Positions 37,818 to 47,075 of a stretch of DNA of 64,000 nt are shown here, piece by piece. The position numbers and the translations under genes are program-made. The number at the start of each line of letters is the position of its first letter. Position 1 is the stretch's first letter. The stretch comes from a bacterium (GTDB lineage Bacteria; Zhuqueibacterota; Zhuqueibacteria; Residuimicrobiales; Krinioviventaceae), in NCBI GenBank assembly GCA_963674595.2, contig CAXXFV010000023.1:608001-672000 (forward strand), written 5' to 3'. The notes beneath the pieces were generated by a model. It made no database searches and had not been told where the DNA came from. It worked only from the letters and a program-made list of their open reading frames with translations.

Positions 37818-39152
37818 ATGAAAAAAATGGGTGTATTAATTCTGGGTCTTTTTTTGTCTAGTGCCGGTTATGGACAGCTTGCTGACGGAGGACTTGGGTA
37901 CATGGGATCTGAAGGGGGTATTATTGCCGGTGGATTTGGTATGACCGTTATTGATGAAGATGGCGGAACAAATACGTATTTTACCATAAATTTCCGTCCT
38001 GAAGTGGCCTTTGGCAAACTGGGTATCGGTTTAAACGTAAATCTTTTATACAATACGGAAAGCGGGGCTATCCGGTCTGAGGATTGGGATTCCGGGTATG
38101 ATTATTTTCGTTTAATACGGTATATTCGTTGGGGCAAAAAATATGATCCTGTTTATGCCCGTGTCGGTACTTTGGACGCAGCCCGGCTTGGTCATGGTTT
38201 TATTGTAAATTATTATACAAATGAAGCCTCTTATGATAACCGAAAAATCGGTTTGGCTTTTGATTTGGATTTCGGACGATTTGGTTTTGAAACAATTGCC
38301 AGTAATATGGGGCGCGCAGAGATGATCGGGACTCGTGGGTATTATCGGCCTTTACTGGGAATTGTTGACGCTCCTGTCATTAAAAATTTTGCTGTTGGTG
38401 CCACGATTGTCAGGGATTTTGATCCGGATAGTTGGGCAAACTCTGACGACGGTGTTTCTGTCTATGGTTTTGACTTTGAGCTGCCTCTCATAAAAAGCGG
38501 CATTTTAAATTCAATGCTTTACTATGACTGGGCGCAAATCAAAGGGTACAGTTATATTGAAGAAAAAAGCAGAACCTTTGGAAATGGACAAGCTGTAGGT
38601 ATTGGTGTTTCTCTGGGTAGACTGCTGGGGCTTTTGGACCTTTCTGCAAAGCTGGAAAGAAGATGGCTGGGTAAAGAGTTTATACCCTCCTTTTTTGATG
38701 CTTTTTATGAAATACAACGTTATCAGTCTTATTCTAGCGGCAAATCCTACAAGACGGATCTTCTTATTTCTATTACTGATGAAACAAAAGGAATTTTTGG
38801 TGAACTTTATGGCGGTCTGCTTAATAACAGTGTCCGTTTGCTTGGTATGTTTAGCCGGCTGGATGACCAAAAAGAGAGTGGTATTTTACACCTTGGCGCT
38901 GATGCTCCGGACCTTATTCCTGTTATTGCAGCACATGCAACTTATGATAAAATCGGTATTGAGCAAATGGAAGATGTGTTCACCCTGGATAACAGAAGTG
39001 TTGCCCGGGTTGGACTTGGTTACAAGATTAAACCCTATTTGATATTTTATATGGATTATATCTGGACGTTTGTAGAGGCAGAACCGAATAGCCACCAGTA
39101 CAAACCGCAGGAGCGGGTGGAACCCAAAATTGTCTTTTCATACAAATTTTAA
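37818..39152 (+). CDS. Hypothetical secreted/outer-membrane beta-barrel protein
   Basis: RBS GGGAG and ATG 37818, signal peptide, alternating beta-strand pattern, C-terminal 'IVFSYKF' beta-signal. Confidence 0.65.
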   Translation: MKKMGVLILGLFLSSAGYGQLADGGLGYMGSEGGIIAGGFGMTVIDEDGGTNTYFTINFRPEVAFGKLGIGLNVNLLYNTESGAIRSEDWDSGYDYFRLIRYIRWGKKYDPVYARVGTLDAARLGHGFIVNYYTNEASYDNRKIGLAFDLDFGRFGFETIASNMGRAEMIGTRGYYRPLLGIVDAPVIKNFAVGATIVRDFDPDSWANSDDGVSVYGFDFELPLIKSGILNSMLYYDWAQIKGYSYIEEKSRTFGNGQAVGIGVSLGRLLGLLDLSAKLERRWLGKEFIPSFFDAFYEIQRYQSYSSGKSYKTDLLISITDETKGIFGELYGGLLNNSVRLLGMFSRLDDQKESGILHLGADAPDLIPVIAAHATYDKIGIEQMEDVFTLDNRSVARVGLGYKIKPYLIFYMDYIWTFVEAEPNSHQYKPQERVEPKIVFSYKF

Positions 39153-39910
39153 TGATGAATATTCGGGGTTTTTTAAATCAACAGCCGGAGAAAGAGATTT
39201 TCCGGCTGTTTTCTTTTCTCAACAAACTTTTATGGGATTTCCTTTTTCCTCCAACATGCTTTTTATGTGAAAAAAAATTGGAAAATATCGAAAATTTTAT
39301 TTGCATAGAATGTCAGAATTCTTTACCTTTGGTCGTAAATTACAAGCTCACTTCAACACAGTATCCCCGCTTGTTGGAAGAATCTGTTGAACCTTTCTAT
39401 GATTGTATAGCTCTTTACCAATATTCTCAACAGATTCAACAACTCATTCACCTGATGAAATATCAGGGCTTCAAAGTTCTGGCTTCTTACTTTGGCCGGC
39501 AATTTGGTACGCGGTTTTGGGATGAGGACTGGAGAAGAGAGTGTGAGGTGTTGATACCCGTACCATTGCACAAAAAAAGACGACACGAACGAGGATTTAA
39601 TCAATCCCATATTATAGCCTGTGAAATTGCAAAAATATTTGAAATACCATGTTTTGATAATGTTTTAGTACGTACAAAATATACGCAAATTCAGGCATCT
39701 TTAAAAAAAATTGAACGCAAAAATAATGTTATTGATGTATTTAAAGTTGTAGATAATTCATTTATTCGTAATAAAACGATCGGGCTGGTTGACGATGTTT
39801 GTACGACCGGCAGTACGATGGATGAATGTTCGAAAATTTTATATTTAGCCGGCGCGAAAAAGGTTTATAAAATGGCAATTGCCCGTGCCGAGTTAAAAGG
39901 GCTTAATTAA
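39152..39910 (+). CDS. comF: ComF family protein (zinc ribbon + phosphoribosyltransferase)
   Basis: 'FPP-C--C...C--C', 'PVPLH--R--ERGFNQ', 'LVDDV-TTGST'. Confidence 0.9.
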   Translation: MMNIRGFLNQQPEKEIFRLFSFLNKLLWDFLFPPTCFLCEKKLENIENFICIECQNSLPLVVNYKLTSTQYPRLLEESVEPFYDCIALYQYSQQIQQLIHLMKYQGFKVLASYFGRQFGTRFWDEDWRRECEVLIPVPLHKKRRHERGFNQSHIIACEIAKIFEIPCFDNVLVRTKYTQIQASLKKIERKNNVIDVFKVVDNSFIRNKTIGLVDDVCTTGSTMDECSKILYLAGAKKVYKMAIARAELKGLN

Positions 39911-39914
39911 TTTA

Positions 39915-39934
39915 TATTCACCAGGTGGTGAATA
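39915..39934 (+). terminator. Hairpin after comF (possible terminator)
   Basis: TATTCACC-AGGT-GGTGAATA stem-loop just after the stop codon. No clear U tract. Confidence 0.35.
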
Positions 39935-40083
39935 AAATGTGTGGACGATGATGATGAGGTGTGATATGTTGAAAATCTACAAAAATAACTCTCCACTTTT
40001 TAATTTTCCAATTTTAATTTTCTTAAACCAGTAAGTTGATTGAGACAGAATTTCAACAGTGTTGACTTGTGGTAACATTTTTT

Positions 40084-40096
40084 TGACATTTTGTCA
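40084..40096. promoter_or_regulatory. Palindromic candidate activator (bEBP) site
   Basis: Perfect TGACA-TTT-TGTCA about 90 bp upstream of a sigma54-like promoter. Degenerate copy AGACA-GAA-TTTCA at 40043-40055. Confidence 0.45.
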
Positions 40097-40180
40097 TAAT
40101 TATGTGCATTTTTTTTGAAATTTGTCTTATAAAAAACAGATACTTACAAAGCTGCTTTTTTTGTGAAGTAAAAAAAATTC

Positions 40181-40196
40181 TGGTACAATATTTGAC
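40181..40196 (+). promoter_or_regulatory. sigma54-like promoter of the flagellar regulator operon
   Basis: TGGTACAATATTTGAC has correct -24/-12 spacing, with the -12 GC replaced by GA. Confidence 0.5.
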
Positions 40197-40252
40197 ATAG
40201 TCATCACAGCAAACGAATTTTAGAAAATGATTAAATTGGAGAATCTCTACAC

Positions 40253-40561
40253 TTGCAGATAGAAACAAAAAATGAATTTGGACACGTTGATACCTGGCTT
40301 TCCAAATCATCGTCATTAAAAAAGACATCGACATCAAAAAATATTATTCGTAACAAAGATGTTGTTTTGAGTGATACTCCTGTTTCGTCGCCACCTCCTA
40401 AAGAAATCATTTCTGAAAATAAAGCAACAAAAGTAAAGGCAAAAGAAGAGCATGCAACACCGGTCATCAATCCTGTAGTAAAGAACGATATAGTTCAAGG
40501 TGTTGAAATCGTTTGTGGTTGTGGTGAAGTAATTCGTTTAAAATTTAATTATGATCAATGA
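40253..40561 (+). CDS. Hypothetical protein with C-terminal CxCG motif
   Basis: RBS GGAG and TTG start. Low-complexity N-part, C-terminal 'VEIVCGCGEVIRLKFNY'. Confidence 0.65.
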   Translation: MQIETKNEFGHVDTWLSKSSSLKKTSTSKNIIRNKDVVLSDTPVSSPPPKEIISENKATKVKAKEEHATPVINPVVKNDIVQGVEIVCGCGEVIRLKFNYDQ

Positions 40562-40577
40562 GCATAGGCAATTGTAA

Positions 40578-41342
40578 ATGAACGGCTATAATGAAATACG
40601 CACCGAATCGGTCAGGAAATTTGATCCGCAGAATTCATCTGATTATGCACTGTTGTCTCAAATGGCAACTGCAATTGCAGATGAAATCCGTAATCCGTTA
40701 GCCGGTATTGCCAGCACAGTTTCATTATTAAAAGTTGAACTCCGTGATGCTCTTGACAGCGAAAAGATGAATACCATAGATTTGTGTATTCAACGTATTG
40801 ATAGTTTTGTTGAAAATTTATATTTGTTAACACGACCAGTTAATCCTGGTTTTGTTAAAATTGACATAACAGGTTTTTTAGAACAAGTTGTTTTACATTA
40901 TTTTCAGGATACGGACTATAATTATACATTCCAGTCTTGTCAAAAACGTGTTTTTGTAATGGTAGACATGGTGTTGATGCAAAATGCTGTAACAAACATT
41001 TTGGAAAATGCCATTGATGCTATAAAACAAAAATCCGGTGAAATTCATATCAAAGTAGATACAACTGAAAATAATGAAAATGTACAAATTATAATTCAGG
41101 ATAACGGAATTGGGATAGAACAGGCGGTTTTACCCAATTTATTTACGCCCTTTTTTAGTACAAAGCACGAAGGTCGTGGTTTAGGGCTTGTTATCACACG
41201 TAATTATGTCCATTGTCATAATGGCACAATACAATTAACTAGTGAGTTCTTAAAAGGAACCCAGGTTTCGATTAAGTTACCGGTATATCCAGGAGGAGAT
41301 CAGGATGCAGGGACGCGGACATGTATTGGTAGTAGAAGATGA
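40578..41342 (+). CDS. Cytoplasmic histidine-kinase-like protein (HisKA + HATPase), phospho-His replaced by Asp; FlgS/FlrB-like position
   Basis: H-box 'AIADEIRNPL', N-box 'NILENAIDA', 'DNGIGI', 'LFTPFFSTK', 'GRGLGL'. No sensor or TM domain. Confidence 0.85.
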   Translation: MNGYNEIRTESVRKFDPQNSSDYALLSQMATAIADEIRNPLAGIASTVSLLKVELRDALDSEKMNTIDLCIQRIDSFVENLYLLTRPVNPGFVKIDITGFLEQVVLHYFQDTDYNYTFQSCQKRVFVMVDMVLMQNAVTNILENAIDAIKQKSGEIHIKVDTTENNENVQIIIQDNGIGIEQAVLPNLFTPFFSTKHEGRGLGLVITRNYVHCHNGTIQLTSEFLKGTQVSIKLPVYPGGDQDAGTRTCIGSRR

Positions 41343-42648
41343 TCCGATTGTCAGACAGTTTCTAGAACTAGCGATTAAAGAAACTGATTGTACAATTACA
41401 AGTGTTGCAGATGGTAAAAGGGCGATGGATGCCGTTACAAAAGAAGATTTTGATCTGGTTTTTACAGATTTAAAGATTCCAGAGTTTAACGGGTTACAAG
41501 TACTTGAATATGTTAAAAAAATAAAACCAAAAACCAATGTGGTTGTCGGTACAGGTTATGGATCTATTGAAAACGCTGTAAAGGCAATGCAACTTGGTGC
41601 ATTGAATTATTTGACAAAGCCATATTCAATGAAAGATATCAAAGCCGCCGTTGCTAATGCTTTTAAGGATCATCGAAAAAACAAAACTCACAACATAAAT
41701 CCTTCCGAACAATTTGAAATTATTGGTGAATCTCAAACCATTCATGAAGTTAAAGCAATGGTTGCCAAAGTAGCACCGACAAAAGCTACCGTTCTTATTG
41801 AAGGCGAAACCGGTGTTGGAAAAGAGATCGTTGCTGATGCTATTCATCAAAATAGCGGTTGTCCGGATGGTCCTTATGTTAAAGTTAATTGTGCTGCGTT
41901 ACCAGATACATTAGCTGAAAGTGAACTTTTTGGTTATGAAAAAGGTGCTTTTACCGGCGCCCATGTCAGACGAAAAGGTCGTTTTGAAGAAGCTGATGGT
42001 GGTACGATATTGCTGGACGAAATTGGCGAGTTGAGCCTCCCATTGCAGGCAAAATTACTGCGTGTATTACAGCATAAATGTTTTGAACGTTTGGGAAACA
42101 GTAAAAGCATTAATGTCAAAACACGTGTAATTGCCACAACCAATCGGGATTTATGGGAAGAAGTTAAAGAAGGCCGATTTCGCAAAGATTTATATTTTCG
42201 TCTTAGTGTTGTAAAATTTAAAGTCTCTCCTCTGCGTTCTCGTCTTGAGGACGTCCCTCAATTGTCTCTGCATCTTTTAAGTAAAATTTGTGCCGAGTAC
42301 GGGTTGGAACGATTGTTATCAGAACAAGCTGTTGATAAACTTTGCAGTTATCATTGGCCTGGCAATGTTCGTGAATTGGAAAACACTCTTGAAAAGGCAG
42401 CCGTCATCGCCGAAGGTGTATACATTTATCCAAAAGATATTGATTTTATGAGTGAATATAATGAGGATAATGAAAGCATTTTTTCCGATCAGACCATTCA
42501 ACAGGTTGAAAAGCAGCTTATTATGCAAACTCTTAAAAAGTTTGATAACAATAAAACAAAAGCCGCTGACGCGCTCGGTATAACAACAAAAACTCTTCGC
42601 AACAAACTGAATGAATATGATAACAGTCAAGGGGAAGAAAATTCCTAG
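41305..42648 (+). CDS. NtrC-family sigma54-dependent response regulator (FlgR/FlrC-like)
   Basis: Receiver 'VEDD...TDL-IP...T-Y...KPY', AAA+ 'GETGVGKE', 'ESELFG-EKGAFTGA', 'WPGNVREL', Fis HTH. Directly upstream of flgB. Confidence 0.92.
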   Translation: MQGRGHVLVVEDDPIVRQFLELAIKETDCTITSVADGKRAMDAVTKEDFDLVFTDLKIPEFNGLQVLEYVKKIKPKTNVVVGTGYGSIENAVKAMQLGALNYLTKPYSMKDIKAAVANAFKDHRKNKTHNINPSEQFEIIGESQTIHEVKAMVAKVAPTKATVLIEGETGVGKEIVADAIHQNSGCPDGPYVKVNCAALPDTLAESELFGYEKGAFTGAHVRRKGRFEEADGGTILLDEIGELSLPLQAKLLRVLQHKCFERLGNSKSINVKTRVIATTNRDLWEEVKEGRFRKDLYFRLSVVKFKVSPLRSRLEDVPQLSLHLLSKICAEYGLERLLSEQAVDKLCSYHWPGNVRELENTLEKAAVIAEGVYIYPKDIDFMSEYNEDNESIFSDQTIQQVEKQLIMQTLKKFDNNKTKAADALGITTKTLRNKLNEYDNSQGEENS

Positions 42649-42665
42649 TAGGTGAATTTTTTACC
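42632..42665. promoter_or_regulatory. Tandem imperfect palindromes, candidate enhancer for the flgB promoter
   Basis: GGGAA-N5-TTCCT (42632-42646) and GGTGA-N5-TTACC (42651-42665), about 100-130 bp upstream of the sigma54 -24 box. Confidence 0.4.
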
Positions 42666-42761
42666 CATTGTTTTTTACAAAAATTGAAATTCAGTTAGAC
42701 TAGTGTTTTGTAAGTTTAATTAAAATAAGAGTTTTTGAAAGAGTAAAAAAAGAAAACAAAA

Positions 42762-42777
42762 TGGCACATGTCTTGCC
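42762..42777 (+). promoter_or_regulatory. sigma54 promoter of flgB operon
   Basis: TGGCACATGTCTTGCC, near-consensus TGGCAC-N5-TTGC, about 45 bp before flgB and next to a sigma54 activator gene. Confidence 0.85.
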
Positions 42778-42819
42778 TTTATTAATGCAGAGAACTAGTA
42801 TCATTAAACAAAGAGCATT

Positions 42820-43233
42820 GTGATGTTTGACAGTATATTTGATAAATTAAACATTGATCATTTTTCCAAGTCTTTGGATTTGTCTGCTGCCCGTCAAAGA
42901 AGCATTGCAGAAAATATTGCAAATATAGCGACACCCGGGTATAGAGCCAAAGATGTTGATTTTTCCGAATTATTAAAAAAGGAAACGGCTAAAACCGATA
43001 TTCAGGGTAATGTTACTGATGAACGCCATATTGCCATCGGCAAATCAACCGGTAATAGTGACATTTCCATGATTGAGGAAAAATCGCAAATTTTGAAAAG
43101 TGGTGAAAATAATGTAGATGTTGACGTTGAGATGGTCAAATCTGCTGAAAACCAGCTTTACTATTCGGCTGTTTCCAAAACGATTGCCGGTAAGTTTAGA
43201 GCTTTACACTCAGCCATTCGTGGCAAATCTTAA
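42820..43233 (+). CDS. flgB: Flagellar basal-body rod protein FlgB
   Basis: 'RQ--IA-NIAN--TPGYRAKDV-F', 'NNVD-D-EM'. Confidence 0.95.
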   Translation: MMFDSIFDKLNIDHFSKSLDLSAARQRSIAENIANIATPGYRAKDVDFSELLKKETAKTDIQGNVTDERHIAIGKSTGNSDISMIEEKSQILKSGENNVDVDVEMVKSAENQLYYSAVSKTIAGKFRALHSAIRGKS

Positions 43234-43249
43234 AAAAATGAGGTGAACG

Positions 43250-43744
43250 ATGAGTGTAGGTAATATATTTGGAGTTTTTAATATCAGTGCATCCGGTATG
43301 AGTGCACAAAGAAAAAGTTTACAAACACGAGCTGAAAACCTGGCGAATGCTGAAAGTGTTGATAAAACAACAGGTGAACCGTATAAGAAAAAAGAGGTTC
43401 AACTGTCGTCTCAATCACAAAGTAAATTTGCACAGCTTATTCAAGAGTCTCGAATTGCACTTGTTCGCCGTTCAAATATGCATATTCCCGGAATTCGTTC
43501 CGTTGAAGATTATCAACCAGAGTCTGGTGTTGCGTCAGAAATTGTCGAATCTAATGATCAGGAAACAAAGCTTATATACTCACCGGAACATCCGAATGCT
43601 AATGAAGAAGGATATGTGGAAGTAGCGGATATAGACTCTATTGATGAAATGGTTAAACTAATGGCTGCGGCCCGTGCTTATGAAGCAAATGCAACTGTAA
43701 TGAGCGCTGCAAAAGATATGTTTAAAAAGGCATTAGAAATATAA
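43250..43744 (+). CDS. flgC: Flagellar basal-body rod protein FlgC
   Basis: 'ISASGM-AQR', 'NLANA', 'Y-P-HP-A---GYV', 'EM--LM-A-RAYEAN'. Confidence 0.95.
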   Translation: MSVGNIFGVFNISASGMSAQRKSLQTRAENLANAESVDKTTGEPYKKKEVQLSSQSQSKFAQLIQESRIALVRRSNMHIPGIRSVEDYQPESGVASEIVESNDQETKLIYSPEHPNANEEGYVEVADIDSIDEMVKLMAAARAYEANATVMSAAKDMFKKALEI

Positions 43745-43761
43745 GGCAAAAGGAATAGATA

Positions 43762-44127
43762 ATGAAAATAGAATCACAAGCTTATACTCCATATTTTGCT
43801 AATCGTATTGATTCGCAACTGCCCAATACAAATGGATCTCAGGCTTCACCGGCAAAAACTGATGAGGCAAAGCAAACATTTAAAGATTCGCTTGTTTCAC
43901 AAAATGTCAAAAATACAGAAAATGTTGCAAAAACAGAAACAAAGCAATATAGCCGCACAGAGATGCCTAATTCTTTAAATGAGGTTCTAACGCCTGAAGA
44001 AAAAGCAATGTTGCAACAGTTTTTTCCAAGTGATGGTTCTAAATGGGGTGTAAGTGCCTATAAAAGTGCGGATATGAATGTAAGTAAAAGTGGTTTGGTA
44101 GGAAAAAAAATAGATCTAGTTTCCTAA
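43762..44127 (+). CDS. Hypothetical protein between flgC and fliE
   Basis: RBS AAGGA and ATG, tight operon spacing. 'LTPEEK--L--FFP', C-terminal 'GKKIDL'. Confidence 0.7.
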   Translation: MKIESQAYTPYFANRIDSQLPNTNGSQASPAKTDEAKQTFKDSLVSQNVKNTENVAKTETKQYSRTEMPNSLNEVLTPEEKAMLQQFFPSDGSKWGVSAYKSADMNVSKSGLVGKKIDLVS

Positions 44128-44137
44128 AGGTGTAATT

Positions 44138-44437
44138 ATGAGTTCAATAACATCAATAACACAAAATCCATTAGCTGTTAATTCTGAAGCAAAAAAAACT
44201 CAGTCAAAAAATGACGGGGATAGCTTTGGAAAACAAATCGGAAAAATTCTTAATGATGTAAATAATTTACAGCTTGATTCCGGTAAAATATCAGAACAAT
44301 TTGCTAATGGTGAAATTCAGGATGTACATGAGGTAATGATCGCCGGTGAAAAGGCAACAGTAGGTTTGGAACTTGTAATGGAAGTTCGAAATAAGCTTAT
44401 CGAAGCTTATCAGGAAATAATGAGAATGCAAATGTAA
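44138..44437 (+). CDS. fliE: Flagellar hook-basal body protein FliE
   Basis: 'D-HEVMIA-EKA...EVRNKL-EAYQEIMRMQ'. Confidence 0.95.
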   Translation: MSSITSITQNPLAVNSEAKKTQSKNDGDSFGKQIGKILNDVNNLQLDSGKISEQFANGEIQDVHEVMIAGEKATVGLELVMEVRNKLIEAYQEIMRMQM

Positions 44438-44459
44438 ACCTTAACAAATGTGATGAGTT

Positions 44460-46052
44460 ATGGCAGACTTTTTAATTAATTTCAAAAACAGAACGTTGAC
44501 CCCACTTGGTCAACTATCCTATGCCCAGCGAATAACAATGGGATTGGTAATATTATTAACGATTATCGGCACAGGTGTATTACTTAAATGGGCTACACAA
44601 CCTGATTATGCTGTGCTGACTTCTGAAATTGATCCGGCTGATGCTCAAGCTATTGTCGAAGAACTTCAGAGTAATAATGTGCCCTATAAATTAACTCAAA
44701 GTGGACGAGGCATTATGGTTCCCCGAAAAGAGGTTTATGAATGGCGTATGAAATTGGCCGCTCAGAATTTACCTGCCAGTTCTAATTTGGGTTATGAACT
44801 TTTTGATCGAAAAGAAATTGGTGTTTCTGATTTTGTTCAAAAATTGAATTTTAGGCGTGCATTAGAAGGAGAGCTGTCGAGGACAATTCAGAGTATGCCT
44901 GAAGTTAACAAGGCGCGTGTCCATCTTGTTTTTCCTGAAGACAGGTTGTTCAAAGAGGACCAGCAGCAAGCTACCGCTTCTATATTTCTTTCATTACGTG
45001 GTAGAAGAGGTTTGAACGAAAGTCAGGTTTTAGGAATTTCCAGAATGGTTGCCGGTTCGGCAGAAGGATTACGTCCTGAAAATGTTACTATTGTTGATGA
45101 GCATGGAAATATCTTGTCTAAAAATGATTCAATCGATTCTGTTTCCGGCCTTACCGATTCTCAACTACAAATTCGGCGCCGTGTAGAGTCTTATTTAGAA
45201 CATAAAGCACAGTCCATGCTGGATCGTGTTCTCGGACCCGGAAATACAATCATTCGTGTTACCGCTGATTTGGATTTCAGACGGGTGGAAAAGACAAATG
45301 AAATATATAATCCGGATAATGCTGTCGTTTTAAGTGAAGAAATTGAAAACCAAACCGTTACAGACTCTGCCAGCGGCGGTGAAAATGCCGTTGAGCATAC
45401 AATAACAAATTATCAATTAGCTAAAACAATTGAACATATAGTTGATGGAATTGGAAATATTGAAAAGCTGTCCATTGCCGTTCTTGTAAATGGACGTAAT
45501 GTAGAACGTGAAAATGATGCTGGTGAACTTGTTAACGAATATATCCCTCGTACCAATGATGAACTGACTCGCTTATCCACACTGGTAAGAAATGCCGTAG
45601 GCTTTAATATGGACAGAGGAGACCAACTGGATATTCAAAATTTGCCATTTGAAGTACCACAATGGGACCAGGAGAATAAAGTACTTGAACAGCTTGATGT
45701 TTTAACACCTTTTATGCCGATTATTCAAAAGATATTGGCTGGTTTGGCTATCATTATTGGAATATTGTTCGTTCGTTCAAAAATTAAAAAGGCCAAAAAA
45801 GCACTGGCTGAAATGGCCAAGAAAGCAGAAGAAAAGAGAGCGTTGACCGAACCAGCCGGCAGAGGTCAGGGCTTCGGCGGCGGTTCCAAATTTACTTCAG
45901 ATAAAGCTGCTGAGGAGTATCTAGACTTTGCAAACGAGTTTGAAGAAATGTCGAAACAAGGAGCCCGTCAAAAAGAAGTGTTGTCAGAGTTTGTAGTAAA
46001 TAATCCGTCAACAGTAGCTCAGTTAATTCGTTCATGGATGATGGAGGGATAG
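44460..46052 (+). CDS. fliF: Flagellar MS-ring protein FliF
   Basis: 'G-ELFD----G-S-F-Q--N--RALEGEL-RTI', 'ARVHL--P', 'A-G----RGD'. Two TM segments. Confidence 0.95.
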   Translation: MADFLINFKNRTLTPLGQLSYAQRITMGLVILLTIIGTGVLLKWATQPDYAVLTSEIDPADAQAIVEELQSNNVPYKLTQSGRGIMVPRKEVYEWRMKLAAQNLPASSNLGYELFDRKEIGVSDFVQKLNFRRALEGELSRTIQSMPEVNKARVHLVFPEDRLFKEDQQQATASIFLSLRGRRGLNESQVLGISRMVAGSAEGLRPENVTIVDEHGNILSKNDSIDSVSGLTDSQLQIRRRVESYLEHKAQSMLDRVLGPGNTIIRVTADLDFRRVEKTNEIYNPDNAVVLSEEIENQTVTDSASGGENAVEHTITNYQLAKTIEHIVDGIGNIEKLSIAVLVNGRNVERENDAGELVNEYIPRTNDELTRLSTLVRNAVGFNMDRGDQLDIQNLPFEVPQWDQENKVLEQLDVLTPFMPIIQKILAGLAIIIGILFVRSKIKKAKKALAEMAKKAEEKRALTEPAGRGQGFGGGSKFTSDKAAEEYLDFANEFEEMSKQGARQKEVLSEFVVNNPSTVAQLIRSWMMEG

Positions 46053-46055
46053 GAA

Positions 46056-47075
46056 ATGTCAGCAGATAAAGCAGCAAAGATTGGTGGTGGAGCTAAAGGT
46101 CTTAGAAAAGCAGCCGTTTTATTAATTGGACTGGGTTCATCTGCAGCTGCAAAAATTTTTTCCGAGTTAAATGATAGTGAAATTGAGGTTTTAACACGTG
46201 AAATGGCTGTGATGGATAATGTTAAATCTGATGATTTTGAAAATGCAGCTAATGAATTAAGCCAGATGCTGACGGCAAATAAGGCAATTTTATTGGGTGG
46301 AATAGATTATGCGCGTTCTGTTTTGATGGAAGCTCTGTCGCCTGGTGAAGCTGTAAAAATTATCGAACGTGTTCGAAAATCTGCTGATGCACATAATATT
46401 GGTGGACTTGGTAAACTGCATCAGGAACAGTTTGCAAATCTGTTAAGCCAGGAACATCCCCAGACAATTGCTTTCATTATTTCTCAAATTGATAACGAAC
46501 AAGCTGGAAAGGTGTTAGCACAGTTTGGTGAGAAATTAAGGAATGATGTTATTATCAGACTGGCTAAAATGAAGACAATTGACCGAAGTTTGGTTGGAGA
46601 AGTTGAAAGAGCATTGGCGTCTACCCTTGATTTACAGATTCGTCACGAAAAGGCCGGTGGTGTGGAAATGACCGCCGCCGTGTTAAACCATATCGGTCAA
46701 CAGGCAGAAAGAAGCGCTTTAAGAACTTTGGAAGAGGTTGAACCTGCCTTGGCAAAAGAAATTGAAAAACACATGTTTGTTTTCGAATTTATTTTACAGC
46801 TTGAAGATGCTGATATTCAAAAAATTCTTAAAAACGTTGATATTAAAGAATTAGCCATCTCTCTTAAAACCTCCAGCGAAGATTTGAAATTACGTATTTT
46901 TACCAATATGTCTGAAAGAGCCCGCACCATGCTTGAAGAAGAAATTGAATATATGGGCAAGGTAAGGTTGCGAGATGTAGAAACTGTTCAACAAAAAATT
47001 GCTATGCAGATCAAACAATTGGTCGATTCCGGCGAGATTGTATTGCCCACAGCAGAGGAAGATATATATGTTTGA
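46056..47075 (+). CDS. fliG: Flagellar motor switch protein FliG
   Basis: 'KAA-LL--LG', 'GG-DYA', 'EHPQTIA', 'MFVFE', 'NMS-RA'. Confidence 0.95.
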   Translation: MSADKAAKIGGGAKGLRKAAVLLIGLGSSAAAKIFSELNDSEIEVLTREMAVMDNVKSDDFENAANELSQMLTANKAILLGGIDYARSVLMEALSPGEAVKIIERVRKSADAHNIGGLGKLHQEQFANLLSQEHPQTIAFIISQIDNEQAGKVLAQFGEKLRNDVIIRLAKMKTIDRSLVGEVERALASTLDLQIRHEKAGGVEMTAAVLNHIGQQAERSALRTLEEVEPALAKEIEKHMFVFEFILQLEDADIQKILKNVDIKELAISLKTSSEDLKLRIFTNMSERARTMLEEEIEYMGKVRLRDVETVQQKIAMQIKQLVDSGEIVLPTAEEDIYV

